From positions 92,444,001 through 92,508,000 of the forward strand of contig NC_058368.1 of the NCBI RefSeq assembly GCF_018350175.1: a stretch of DNA of 64,000 nucleotides. Reading direction: 5' to 3'. The translations under genes and the position numbers were made by a program. The notes beneath the pieces are model-generated. The model was not told the DNA's origin. It saw nothing but the letters and a program-made list of their open reading frames with translations, and did not search any database. Below, piece after piece: positions 37,701 through 49,519 of the stretch. The stretch comes from Felis catus (Eukaryota). How positions within the stretch are numbered: position 1 is the first letter of the stretch; the number at the start of each line of letters is the position of its first letter.

Positions 37701-37882
37701 TGGTGGTTCTCAAAGTGTGGTCCCGCACAGCTTCAGCATTGCCCGCAACCTGTTAGAATTACAAATGACTGGACTTAACCCCAGACCCCTTAAATCAGAA
37801 ACTGTGGGAGTGGGATTCAGCAATCTAGTTGAACAAGCCCTCCAGGTGGTTCTGAGTCATGCTGAAGTTTGAGAACAACTGG
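37701..37882 (+). mobile_element. MER5A (hAT-Charlie MITE)
   Basis: GTGGTTCTCAAAGTGTGGTCCC...AATCAGAAACT...AACAAGCCCTCCAGGTGGTTCTGA...AAGTTTGAGAACAACTG, with TIRs. Confidence 0.88.
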
Positions 37883-38243
37883 CCCACAAAATAAAGTCCA
37901 AGCTGGAGAGCCTGGCATGCGAGAATGTTACCAGGCCCCCAGATGAGTCCCACCAACAGAGTACTTACTCTGTGGTCTGTTTTCTGTCAATACACGTTTA
38001 TGTTTATAAATATATCTTTATAAACATATTTGTTTTTGTTTATAAACAAATATTTATAACATAAAGATATTTAAAAATAAGATCCTTTCATGTAATCATG
38101 GTTTAATATATCCAACCTTCTTGTGATTTTCAAATGTTATTGAGTAAAAGCAACTCTCTGACAAACTTGTACATGCGAATGCCTAAAGCCATCCCCAGAG
38201 ACTCTGATTCAGTAACTCCGGGTGGGACTCAGACAGCAGTTTT

Positions 38244-38823
38244 ACTTTTTATCTATTTATTTATTTATATTATTATTTATTTTCATTTTTTCATTTACAC
38301 CCAAGTTGGTTAGCATATAGTGCAATAATGATTTCAGGAGTAGATTCCAGTGATTCATCGCCTACGTATAACACCCAGTGCTCATCCCAACAAGTGTCTT
38401 CCTTAATGCCCCTGACCCATTTAGCCCACCCCCCCTCCCACAACCTTTCCAGTTTGTTCTCTGTAACTAAGAGTCTCTTATATTTTGTCCCTCTCTCTGT
38501 TTCTATATTATTTTTGCTTCCCTTCCCATATGTTCATCTGTTTTGTGTCTTAAATTCCACATGTAAGTGAAGTCATATGATATTTGTCTTTCTCTGACTA
38601 ATTTCGCTTAGCATAATACCCTCCAGTTCTAACCACGTAGTTGTAAATGGCAAGATTTCTTCTTTATCCATTCATCCATCGATGGACGTTTGGGCTCTTT
38701 CCATACTTTGGCTATTGTCGATAGTGCTGCTAGAAACACTGGGGTGCATGTGTCCCTTTGAAACGGCACACCTGTATCCCTTGGGTAAATATCTAGTAGT
38801 GCAATTGCTGGGTCATAGAGTAG
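38244..38823 (-). mobile_element. 5'-truncated feline/carnivore L1 3' end inserted in a MER5-like relic
   Basis: ACACCCAGTGCTCATCCCAACAAGTG 3' UTR motif, TSD TCAGACAG(g)CAGTTTT. Confidence 0.9.
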
Positions 38824-38857
38824 TTCAGACAGGCAGTTTTAAAAGCACCACACCTCA

Positions 38858-38978
38858 GGTGGTACCTGGCAGACTCAGGCGGGGGGAGCATGCAGCTCTT
38901 CATCTCAGGGTTGTGGGTTCGAGTCCCACATTGGGTGTAGAGATTCCTTAAAAATAAAGTCTTTAAAAATAAATACAT
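38858..38978 (+). mobile_element. Short old tRNA-like CanSINE
   Basis: GGTTCGAGTCCC B-box, A-tail, TSD AAAGCACCACA. Confidence 0.85.
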
Positions 38979-39884
38979 GAAAGCACCACAGCTTGGTTCT
39001 GATTGTAGAGAAAGCCACCACTCTGAGGGTCACACCAAAGGAAGCACAGCAACTTTAGCTGTGCTCTCCTGATGACCATGTGGGTGAGCCCGTGAGATAG
39101 TTTAAGAGAGGGCATCTGGGTATCTCTGTCAGCCTCTCCCTACATGAGCGAAAAACTAAGCCCAAGAAGACATACCTTTCAGCATGATAGCAATTTGTGA
39201 AAATAACTGGTCACTCAAGCCTATTGCCTGGGCTTTTTGTAATTTGCATTTTTGAAAACAACAACGTCAACAATAACAACAACAACAGGAGAGAACGTAG
39301 GTGACGACATTAAATGTCAAGTGAGTAAGGCATACTTTAAAAACTTAAGAAGAGAAAGAAAGGTCTTTCTGTTTAAGCTATGTGAGAGTCAGGCTTAGGT
39401 TACTGGAGGTGGTTCCTAAAGTCGCAACTGATTTATTTTGGAAACCGAACGAGTGTGAGGTAAGAGTCAAAGCTCTTTATTTTAATTTAATTTTCTTGGC
39501 ACATCCAGTTGTTACAGCATACTTTGCGGAATTACCTTTGCATCTTGGTCGAAATAGGTTGCCTGTGTATATGCAGGTCTATTTCTGAGCTCTGTTCTGC
39601 TGATCTCTGTGTTGGATCTTCCCCTGATGCCAAACTGTCTCGACCAAGGTAGCTTTTTCATAACTCAATTAGTGTAAGTCCTCCAACTTTATGTTGAAAA
39701 AAATTAGTCTGGCTATTCTAAGTTCTTTAGATTTTCATATACATTTTAGAATCAACTTGTCGATATCTCTAAAAGAAGCCTCCTGGCACATTGGGGTGCT
39801 GAATCTTCAGATCACCTTGTGGAGAATTGACGACATTGAATCTTTCCATTTATGGACATAACTCTCCATTTATTTAGGTCTTTT

Positions 39885-40183
39885 AATTTAATTTAACTTA
39901 ATTAAAAAAAATTTTTTTAAGAGAGAGAACACATGTGCTCACTTGAAGAGGAGGGGCAGAGGGAGAGAGAGAATCTTTTTTTTTTTAATGTTTATTTATT
40001 TATTTTTTTAGAGAGAGAGTGCACACATGCAAGAGGGCACATGGAGGGTGGGGGTGCAGAATATCCCAAGCAGGCTCCACACCGTCAGCACAGAGCCAGA
40101 AGCAGGCCTCGATCTCATGAACTGTAAGATCATGACCTGAGGTGAAGTCAAGTACTTAACCTACTGAGCCACCCAGGAGCCCC
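39885..40183 (-). mobile_element. Composite CanSINE (one head, two tails)
   Basis: TSD TATTTA(g/t)GTCTTTTA. Confidence 0.85.
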
Positions 40184-40440
40184 TATTTATGTCTTTTAGA
40201 ATTTCTTACCAAGATCTTTGATTTTCAGGGTCCAGCTCTTACATAGAGTTGGTTACATCGGTCCCAAATATTTCTTGTTTTTTGATGTTGATTATATTGT
40301 TAATGGTTTTTTAAAATCTGTTTTAATTCAAATTTTGCTAATCTATGTATAATTGATTTTCATGTATTCACCTAGTATCCAGTGAACTTGCAAACTTGTA
40401 TAATAGATCTAAAAAGTTTTTGTAGACATGTTAGGATTTT

Positions 40441-40846
40441 AGTTTATTTATTCATTTATTTTTTAATGAAAATTGATTTTATTTATTTTTATTTTTATTT
40501 TTTTAATTTTTTTATATTAAATATAATTTATTGTCCAATTGGTTTCCATACAACACCCAGTGCTCATCCCAACAGGTGCCCTCCTCAATGCCCATCACCC
40601 ACTTTCCCCTCTTCTGTTTTTTATTTTTATTAAAAAAAATTTTTTTTAATGTTTATTATTGAGGGACAGAGAGAGTGCAAGCCGGGGAGGGGCAGAGAGA
40701 GAGAGAGGGAGACACAGAATCTGAAGCAGGCTCCAGGCTTTGAGCTGTCAGTGCGGAGTCTGATGTGGGACTCAAACCCACAAACTGTGAGATCATGACC
40801 TGAGTCGAAGTCAGATGCTTAACTGACTGAGCCACCCAGGCACCCC
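40441..40846 (-). mobile_element. CanSINE with a feline L1 3' tail (about 40500-40612) inside its A-tail
   Basis: TSD GAC(a/g)TGTTAGGATTTT; L1 motif CAACACCCAGTGCTCATCCCAACAGGTGCCCTCC. Confidence 0.88.
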
Positions 40847-40999
40847 GACGTGTTAGGATTTTGTATGCAGATATCACGCTGTCTGGGAATAAAGACAGTT
40901 TTACTTCTTTCTTTCCAATCTCTATGTCTTTTTTTTTTTTTTTGCTTGCTTTATTAAGGTGACTAGAAATTCTAACAGAATGTTAAGTAGAAATGGTGA

Positions 41000-41171
41000 A
41001 GGGCGTCTGGGTGGCTTAGTCGGCTGAATGCCTGACTATTTTGCTTAAGGTCATGATCTCATGGTTTGCGAGATCGAGCCCACATTGGGCGTAGCACCAA
41101 GCATAGAGCTGGCTTAAAATTCTCTCTCCTCCCTCTGCCCCTCCCCACACTCATGCTCTCTGTCTCTCTCT

Positions 41172-41203
<32 letters not shown>
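41000..41203 (+). mobile_element. CanSINE with an A31 tail
   Basis: TSD AA(a/g)TGGTGA. Confidence 0.9.
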
Positions 41204-41205
<2 letters not shown>

Positions 41206-41936
41206 GGTGAGAGTAGGCATTGGCTTCTTCCTGCTCTTAGGGGGAGAGCATTCTTTCACCATTAAGTACAATATTAGTTCTACTTTTTTTTAAGGTAGTC
41301 TTTATCAGATTAGGGTAGTTCCCTTCTATTCCTGGTTTACTGAGAGCTGTTTACCACTAGTGACTATTGAATTTTGTCAGATGCTTTTTCTGTACCTGTT
41401 GAGATGATCCTCTGGTTTTTTGGCATACGTATGTACTGTTGGTATATTGATGGTGTTGATGTTCTAGCAGCTATGCTTTGGTAAGAGAAATCACCTGACT
41501 TGAGAGGAAATTTAAAAAATGGAACTACCACTGACAATCAAGAAACCTCTTCTTGTCATAGATTATTTCCCCCTGCTGTGCTTCATGGCTTTAAACAATT
41601 GCAATGGATTAAAAAAAAAAGTTGGTTTTTCCTTTCATCTATGCTAATGCTTTCCATTAGGAATCAATGATATTGGATTATCCAAATTTAGTACTGGCAT
41701 TTTTGCAAGGGAGAATAATGAAATGTTGTCTTCTGCCAGAGAGGAAAGGGAATTAATGTTGATTAAGAATTCATTATTCTTATATAAACTCTTTGTATGT
41801 AGTTTATCATGTAAAACTGTCCTTACAAATACCTAGTAGCTGAGAATCATCTTCATTTTTCAGATGAGACGACTCAGAGAAATTTACTCATACAATGAAT
41901 CAGATTCATGCATTTTTAGTTTTAAAAACAATAATA

Positions 41937-42200
41937 AGGACATCTGGGTGACTCAGTTGGTTAAGCCTCCGACTGAATTCAGCTCAGGTCATGATCTCAC
42001 GGTTCATGAGTTCGAGCCCCACATCAGGCTCTGTGCTGACAGCTCAGAGCCTGGAGCCTTCTTTGGATTGTGTCTCCCTCTCTCTTTGCCCCTCCCCTGC
42101 TTGTACTCTGCCTCTCTCTCTCTCTCCCTCAAAAATAAATTTAAAAAAAATTAAAAAAATTAAAAAAAACAACAAAAAACCCAACAATAAAACATTACAG
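41937..42200 (+). mobile_element. CanSINE
   Basis: Full body and a long degenerate A-tail. Confidence 0.9.
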
Positions 42201-42444
42201 AAAATTTGGAAAAAAAGAAGTAGTAAATCACTCACCATCTCCATGCCCTTATGCAATAAGTATTTTTGGGAACAGATGTTGATTTTTTTGGTCTAAATAT
42301 CAGTATGAAGAGCCACTGTGTTAAATGCTTATATATATTCTTCTAATATTTACCATTTACCACGTGTGTATGAGGGAGAAATGTAGGTAAAACACCTGGT
42401 ACTATATCCAGCACTTAATATGAACCAATAAATGATGGTTATTT

Positions 42445-42683
42445 AAAAAAAATTAATTTTATTTGGGTATTTTTTTCAAAATTTTTAATGTTTATTTATT
42501 TTTGAGACAGAGACAGAGCAAGAGTGGGGAGGGGCAGAGAGAGGGGGAGACACAGAATCTGAAGCAGGCTCCAGGCTCTGAGCTGTCAGCACAGAGCCGA
42601 TGTGGGGTTTAAACTCACGGACCATGAAATCATGACCCGAGCTGAAGTCTGATGCTTAACCGACTGAGCCACCCAGGTGCCCC
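42445..42683 (-). mobile_element. CanSINE
   Basis: TSD AAATGA(t/g)GGTTATTT. Confidence 0.92.
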
Positions 42684-44199
42684 AAATGAGGGTTATTTTT
42701 ATTATCGTTGCCATTTTGTGTCTTGACCACAGCATGGTCTCCCCAAGGGTACAGATAGTGTTCTCAATAGTAGTCATTCATAGTGCCCAACATGAGATGT
42801 GGCTTTTAAGCGATACTGTGGGATCAGTGGCTGGTTGATGAACTCACCAACTCCTGTTCAGTTTGGCAGAACAGGAACAAAATCTGTCCAGCCTGCTCAT
42901 GAAAGAGAAGGAGGAGTAAGAAAGACTGAAATCTTCTGGTGATGGCAATAAGCAAAAGCACATAATATTGCCTGTTAGAATCTTCAATTCAGGACAAAGG
43001 AAATGCTCAGTTGGTCGCTCAGAACATGGTGCTTGTGGCTTCATGATCCTAACTCACCCTCAGCCCTTTGATTCCTCCACCTGCAGGCATACCCATCGTC
43101 AGCTTCAAAGTCACGTTCTCAGTCCTGACCCACCAGTGAGCGTCGTGTTAACTCCAAGGAGGAGGAAGAACATTGAACGGTGGGAAAACAGGTGGAAGGC
43201 TCTCTGCTGGCCTGTGCTGGAATCCTGGTTCTGTGTTTAAGGAAAAGTTTAGGATGCTTTTAGTGGCTAGTTGAAATAAAAATCGGAACACATGAAAGCG
43301 CTCTCAACTCGTCTACCAATAAGGTAATTCCTCAGTTCATGTAACGGGACTTCCCATGGGAGTAGGGCTTCAGAGATGGCGGTTGGCTCCTCAAAGATGC
43401 AGTTGAGAACTTAGGTCCTGCCATCCCTCCGTTCTTCCACCCTTGTGTTAATGGCATCCTAGGCCCAGCAGCTTGACGGCCATGGTGTTCCCGGACATAG
43501 CATTCACATCCAGCAATGACCAGGGGAAGAGGGAGACTATGTGTCTTTTAATTCCCTCTTACGAATCACAGGAGGCAGGCATCACAGCAGGACTGGACAG
43601 AATTGGGTGAGTTACCGGTGAAGGAATGTATTATCACAAAGCTGTCAGGTGTACCCTGGATGTGGGGTGGGACCAGCTTCCCAGAAGACCCTTCTATACA
43701 CAAAATCTTGGCTTTCAGGAGAAAAAAGGGGCAGGGATGGATGTTGGGTAGGAAAGTTCTGTGTTTACATTACGTGGTCCCTTTGGAACTGGGTGTCCTG
43801 AGGCTGGAGTCACAGCCTGAAGTGATTTGAGTTAGTTTATCACCTGTCAAGTGGGAATATTAATGCACTGCTCCCAGGGTTTTTATGTATGTCAACTGAA
43901 ATTATATATGTAAAAGAGCCATGGAAAGTGGTGTCATTGTTGTCTTATCTCTTTAACTCACACCGGATATCCTAATGAGTTTAGTAGTTCAGTAATGATT
44001 TTCTGTGTCTTAGTCCTATCTCCAGTTAGATTGTAAACATCCTGAAATTGCTTATCCTTTGGTGATCTATATTTTCTAGAATATTGAGCCCATAGTATGT
44101 TCTAAATGTTTAATTGACTGTAGTATTCTCCATTTAAAAAGCATCTTTTACAGACAACAGAAAGAATCCTCATAAAAAAAAAAAACAAAAAACATTTAT

Positions 44200-44377
44200 A
44201 GGGTTCCTGTGTGAGTCAGTTAAGGATCCAACTTTAGGCACAGGTTGTGATCTTGCAGTGCGTGGGTTTGAGCCCCACACGGGGCTCCGTGCTGACAGTG
44301 CTTTGGATTCTCTCTTTCTCCTTCTCTCTGCCCCTCTGCTTGCATTCTCTCTCTCCAGAATAAGTAACCTTTAAAAA
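44200..44377 (+). mobile_element. Diverged CanSINE
   Basis: Degenerate head, CT region and tail. Confidence 0.8.
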
Positions 44378-44911
44378 GCCTTTCTTTTGGAGTGTTTCAG
44401 TCTTCTTACCTTTTGCAACGTATAGATTCATTTATTAGCACTTTTGCAAATAAGGGAAAAGTACATTCAGTTCCTCCATGATTTTAATGGCTCCATACAG
44501 TTTCTGTTAGGGTCAGTGATAAAGTACCAGACAGAAATCAGGATCAACAATGTGAAAAATGATCAGGGTCAGGGCCTGTGTCTAGCCCGGTGCAGGTTTA
44601 ATCCTGGTAAAATTGTGGTTAGTGATACACACGGTTACTGAGAAACACGATGCATGGAACTGGACGGAAAATGAGCTCACACGGCACCCCAGGAGGCCAG
44701 GGGATGTACCGCGGACATAGAGGGTGGAGGTCAGTCTACTCTTGTTTTAATCAGAGACTACTTGGGCTTTAGGCCTTATCTCTGAAGCTTCTTGTAGGAG
44801 CTGAAAAAGCCATTTCTCCTCCCGGTCTCAAAGTTACTCTCCTCGTTCAGGGTCACCACCCCATTCACAGTTTATCCAATATTTTCTCAACTTCAGATCC
44901 GATAAAATTTC

Positions 44912-45078
44912 TTAATGGTGGAATACAGTCCGTGGTATTGTAATAGCATTGTACGGTGATAAATGGCGGCTACCCTTGCGGTGAGCACCACGTAAGTACA
45001 GAGAAGTTGAGTCAACGTGTTGTACACCTGAAACTAATGTCATTGTGTGTCAATGATACCTTAATGAAAAAAAAATTT
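44912..45078 (+). mobile_element. Carnivore L1 3' terminal fragment
   Basis: TGTTGTACACCTGAAACTAATGT...GTCAA followed by an A-tail. Confidence 0.85.
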
Positions 45079-45139
45079 AAGTTATTTTTAGCCTCCCTTT
45101 GCACTTATATTTTGCCACTTTGCTACTTAAAGTAGCAGC

Positions 45140-45600
45140 ACCTGCTAGGTTACCAGGCACATGTGATAATAATTGGTATCATAATTAATTGAGAGCTTGT
45201 GTTCACTAATGTTCCTACTCATCTTTTTTTTTTTTCTTTTTTGATGTGTATTTTTGAGAGAGAGAGCGAGCGGGAGTAGGGGAGGGGCCGAGAGAGAGGG
45301 AGAGAGAATCCCAAGAAGACCCTGCAGTGTTAGGGAAGAGCTGGATGCAGGGCTTGACCCCATGAACCGTGAGATCATGGCCTGAGCTGAAATCAGGAGT
45401 CCAACACTTAATCGACTGAGCTGCCCAGGTGGCCCTCTCCTCATCTTAAAATGACTTTTAACTTTTATTAGTCCGGTTTTATAGATGAGGAAGCTGAACC
45501 TGAGGGGTTTTTGTAACTTGCTCAAACTGATTGGTAGATGAAGGACCTGAACCCAGGTAGGTCCTTTAGGCTTGGAAGCTGCCGCTCTCGTCTGACTATA
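45140..45600 (-). mobile_element. MIR split by a minus-strand CanSINE (45224-45435)
   Basis: TTTTATAGATGAGGAAGCTGA MIR core; SINE TSD CTCATCTT. Confidence 0.82.
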
Positions 45601-46070
45601 TCTCAAATACGATCTTGCTGAGTCTCTGTGTTCTTGTCGTTAAAGTTGGCCAGTAAGCTTACCAAGATTTTCCATGCCTTGAGGCTCTAAGTTTTATGAA
45701 TTCTAAGATTAACTCATCAAAATCTTGCAGGGAAGTAACATTCTTGGCATCCCTCCTCCTGATTTAAATACCCTGGATCGAGTGGGTATGTTAAAAAGTA
45801 AAAGGGCTTTATTTACATGTGAATATGTACATGAGTATGAATATAGATGTATAGAATATCTTCTTTAGTATTGTATATTTACAGACTTAACCAAGATTTT
45901 AGAAGTTGTGAGGTTTGGAAACCTCCCCCTCCCAATATGCCATTACCAGTAGCTTTCCTTGAAAATATAGGAACATTTGGTAATTATTTGGTAATTGACA
46001 TTATAAATATTAGATACATTTTCTGTGTGATAGAACAAGTAGGTACTCTCGTTAATAATCATTTTTATTT

Positions 46071-46282
46071 GGGGAGCCTGAGTGGCTCAGTCAGTTAAGC
46101 ATCCAACTTAGGCTCAGGTCATGATCTCTTGTGGGTTTGAGCCCTAAGTCAGGCTCTAGGCTGACAGCTCAGAGCCTGGAGCCTGCTTCAGATTCTGTGT
46201 CTCCCTCTCTCTCTGCCCCTCCCCCGCTTGCACTGTTTCTCTCTCTCTCTCTCAAATATAAATAAACATTAAAAATAAAAAT
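46071..46282 (+). mobile_element. CanSINE
   Basis: TSD AT(a/g)ATCATTTTTATTT. Confidence 0.92.
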
Positions 46283-46368
46283 AATGATCATTTTTATTTA
46301 TTGGGTTGATGGGCTTTGCTAAGGGCCAGCATTTAAATGCCCTAAGTTAATAAAAACTAATTTATTTT

Positions 46369-46594
46369 GGGGTGCCTGGGTGGTTCAGTCAGTTAGGAGT
46401 CCCACTTTGGCTCAGGTCATGATCTCCTGGTTCCTGAGTTCGAGCCCTGCATCAGGCTCTGTGCTGACAGCTCAGAGCCTGGAGCCTGCTTCGGATTCTG
46501 TGTCTCCTTCTCTCTGTCTATGCTCCTCCCCTGCTCACACTCTGTTTCTCTCTCTCTCTCTCAAAAATAAATAAACATTTAAAAAATTAAAACA
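46369..46594 (+). mobile_element. CanSINE
   Basis: TSD AAAACTAATTTATTT. Confidence 0.93.
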
Positions 46595-47624
46595 AAACTA
46601 ATTTATTTCAACAAATCATTAAGTGAATCTCAATTTTTCTGGAGTTTATGTAAAATATATTCATGAGCGGTTGGGTTTACTTTGGCAGAGGAAGGCAATG
46701 TATCCTGCTAACTAAAAACCTTATCTCTTATTTTGAGAAGTAAATTGGTGAGCAAAACCAGATTTAAGCTGGAATAACTTCGGTAGTCAATGAAAGAAAA
46801 AATACAAATCCTGTTTCCAGGGAAAGTGTATTTGGTGATGACTCAGACGAATGCCGGGGCCTGATAAGAGGGCTCCTTTAGGGTTTTAATTGAAATGTGA
46901 CTACAACAAGGGATTGACAGAAATCACTTCTGATTTCCAGATAAATGCATACATCCAATGTCACTGAAAGCTGATAAGACAGATTTCCAGCGAAGAGATT
47001 TAAATAGTACCTCCTGCCCGGCTTATTCTGAAAGAGGAGGACGCCCTTGCAACTTTGTTTATTTGACAACTGAATTTTTAATGGCCGTCCGGGTGTCACT
47101 GGCAGTAGAGTAGTATTATTTCCATTTTCTCAGACGTTTTCAAGCACCTTTGTTCTCTGTGGCTATTGAAATGTGAAGTAATAAGATAATATCAACAGCT
47201 AGCTTACAGGCTTCCATTGTCATTGTTAGAGCAGAACACTGACCTCTAAGGTTGTTGGTTTCCCAATGTGCCAAGAAACGCATCTTTGGAAGCGAGGTCT
47301 AACACCTGCATTATCTTACCATGCTGCATGCGCATGCACCTCGGGGCAAATGGTGCCCAGCAGGGCTAGCGCATTGGGAAGCCATGGGTCTTCCTAGTTT
47401 GTTCCCCAGGAATGCAGCTTCTGGTACTCGATGCAAACCAGGTAGTATTCTGTCACCTCCCTTCAGTGTGGCTACTGAGACTACTTCATTCACAACTGCA
47501 GGAAGGAATCTTCTGATTCAGTGGAAGGAACTAACTATAGAGGCATGGGAAGAGGATCCTGTTTGGGGAAGAAAGGATCAACGGCCCCAGAGCCTTTCCC
47601 TGCCATTAGAAATTGGGTTGCTCT

Positions 47625-48203
47625 GGTGGAGCCACGCTGAAAACAGTGTGGAGGTTCAAAAAATTAAAAATAGAACTAACCTACAACACAGCAGTTGCAC
47701 TACTAGGAATTTATCCAAAGGATACAGGAGTCCTGATTTGAAGGGGGCACATGCACCCCAGTGTTTATAGCAGTGCTATAGCCAAATTATGGTAAGAGCC
47801 CAAATGTCTATCAACTGGTGAATGGATAAAGAAGATATGGTACATATACACAATGGAATACCACTCAGCGATAAAAAAGAATGAAATCTTGCCATTTGCA
47901 ACAATATGTATGGAACGGGAGAGTATGATGCTAAGTGAAATAAGTCAGTCAGAGAAACACAGATATACATGATTTCATTCATGTGTAGAATTTGAGAAAC
48001 TTAACAGATGGCCATAGGGGAATAGAAGAAAAAATATGGAAGGAAAAATATGAGGGAAGCAAACCATAAGAGACTCTTAAATACAGATAACAATTGAGGG
48101 TTGAAGGAGGAGGGGGAGATTGGTGATGGGTATTAAGGAGGGCACTTGTTGGGATGAGCACTGAGTGTTGCAGGTAAGTGATGAATCATTGGATTCTACT
48201 CCT
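47625..48203 (+). mobile_element. Feline/carnivore L1 3' fragment lacking its tail, fused to an inverted SINE head (48204-48265)
   Basis: GAAAACAGTGTGGAGGTT, AAGAATGAAATCTTGCCATTTGCAAC, GGGATGAGCACTG. Confidence 0.9.
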
Positions 48204-48514
48204 TGAACTCAAGACCCCAAGATCAAGAGTCGCATGCTCTGCTGACTGTGCCAGCCAGTCACCCCTAAGCTCAATATTTTTTTTAACCAAGCTTCTCGTG
48301 TATGAAAATATTGAGGAAATATAGTTTTCTCTTGGTTAGTAACTTGTTACTAACATAGTAACTTGATAGTAGCTTCCAGTAATAGGAGCTTATACGTCTT
48401 CTAGGCCTGGGAGTGTGCCATTTAATGTATTTTCTAGGTAAATCTTTCATTTGGTAGAGTTTGAAAACCATAGGCCTGGAAGAATATGTTCTTTAGATTG
48501 TTCGGAAGTATGGA

Positions 48515-48825
48515 TATGATGGTTTTTATACCTCCACTTGACTACACCACGGTACCCAGATATTTGGTTCAAAATTATTCTAGATGTTTCTAGATATTTC
48601 TGTGAAGCTATATTTACATAAGATTAATGTTTTAGATCCATGGGCTTTGAGTAAAGCAGATTATCCTCCTAATGGGGGTGGACCTAATCTAGTCCTGTGA
48701 AGGCCTTAACAGAGAAAAGACTGACCTCCTTTTAAAGAGGGAGGTTCTGCCAGCAGACTGCCTTCAGACTCAAACTACAGATCCTCTCTGGGTCTCCGGC
48801 CTTCTGGCTTACCCTTGCTGGTTCT
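48515..48825 (+). mobile_element. MLT2 (ERVL) LTR fragment
   Basis: CCCAGATATTTGG..AATTATTCTAGATGTTTC, GAGTAAAGCAGATTATCCTCC, GAAGGCCTTAA..AAAAGACTGACCTCC. Confidence 0.8.
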
Positions 48826-49174
48826 GTTAGGTCACAAAGAAAACCTTGATAAAATTTTTAAAACATGGAAACATAGAAATCGTGGGATCTTACTCTCAGA
48901 TCACAATGCAGTAAAAGTAGGAGTTAACACAAAACAAAAACCTCTCCCATACAGTTGAAAATTTCAAAAAAGAATACAGTTATCATTGTCACATTCCATA
49001 TAGAAACTCCTAGCAAAGGCCACTTATGAGTTCAGAAGAGAATTTGTAGCTTTACACTCTTCCTAAACAAGGACGAATGGAAATAAATTACGCATTCTAC
49101 TCAAGACCTTTGAAAAAACATCCCATGGAAAATCAGAAGAAAAGATGTAACAAAGAAAAGGCAAAGCAGGAGTC

Positions 49175-49515
49175 AATAAATAAATGGAATCTAAAAACAA
49201 ACAAAGTAGATAGAAATAGACTCATAAATACAGAGAACAAACTGGTGGCTGCCAGAGGGAAGGAGGTGGAGGGATGGGTGAAATGGGGGGAGGGGATTAA
49301 GCAATACACACTTCCAGTCATAGAATAAATAAATCATGTGGATGAAAAGTACAGCCTAGGGAACACGGTCAATAATAGAGTAATAAAATAGTATGGTGAC
49401 TGATGGTGAGTACACCTGTGATAAGCCCCGAGTACTGTATAGAGTTGTTGAATCAATATGTTGCACACCTGAAACTAATATAATGTCATATGTCAACTCT
49501 ATGTCAATAAAAGAA
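49175..49515 (+). mobile_element. Carnivore L1 3' UTR fragment
   Basis: AGACTCATAAATACAGAGAACAAACTGGTGG...ACACCTGAAACTAATATAA..AATAAAA. Confidence 0.85.
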
Positions 49516-49519
49516 ATCT

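Larger units (their letters stand above)
39490..41450 (-). mobile_element. Decayed L1M ORF2 region interrupted by several SINEs
   Basis: GTAAGTCCTCCAACTTT, GAATAAAGACAGTTTTACTTCTT, GTTCCCTTCTATTCCTGGTTTACTGAGAG are antisense L1 ORF2 motifs. Confidence 0.8.

Noticed and set aside
37995..38080. AT-rich quasi-palindromes (TGTTTATAAACA)
   Set aside because: Low-complexity AT sequence, so self-complementarity is expected.
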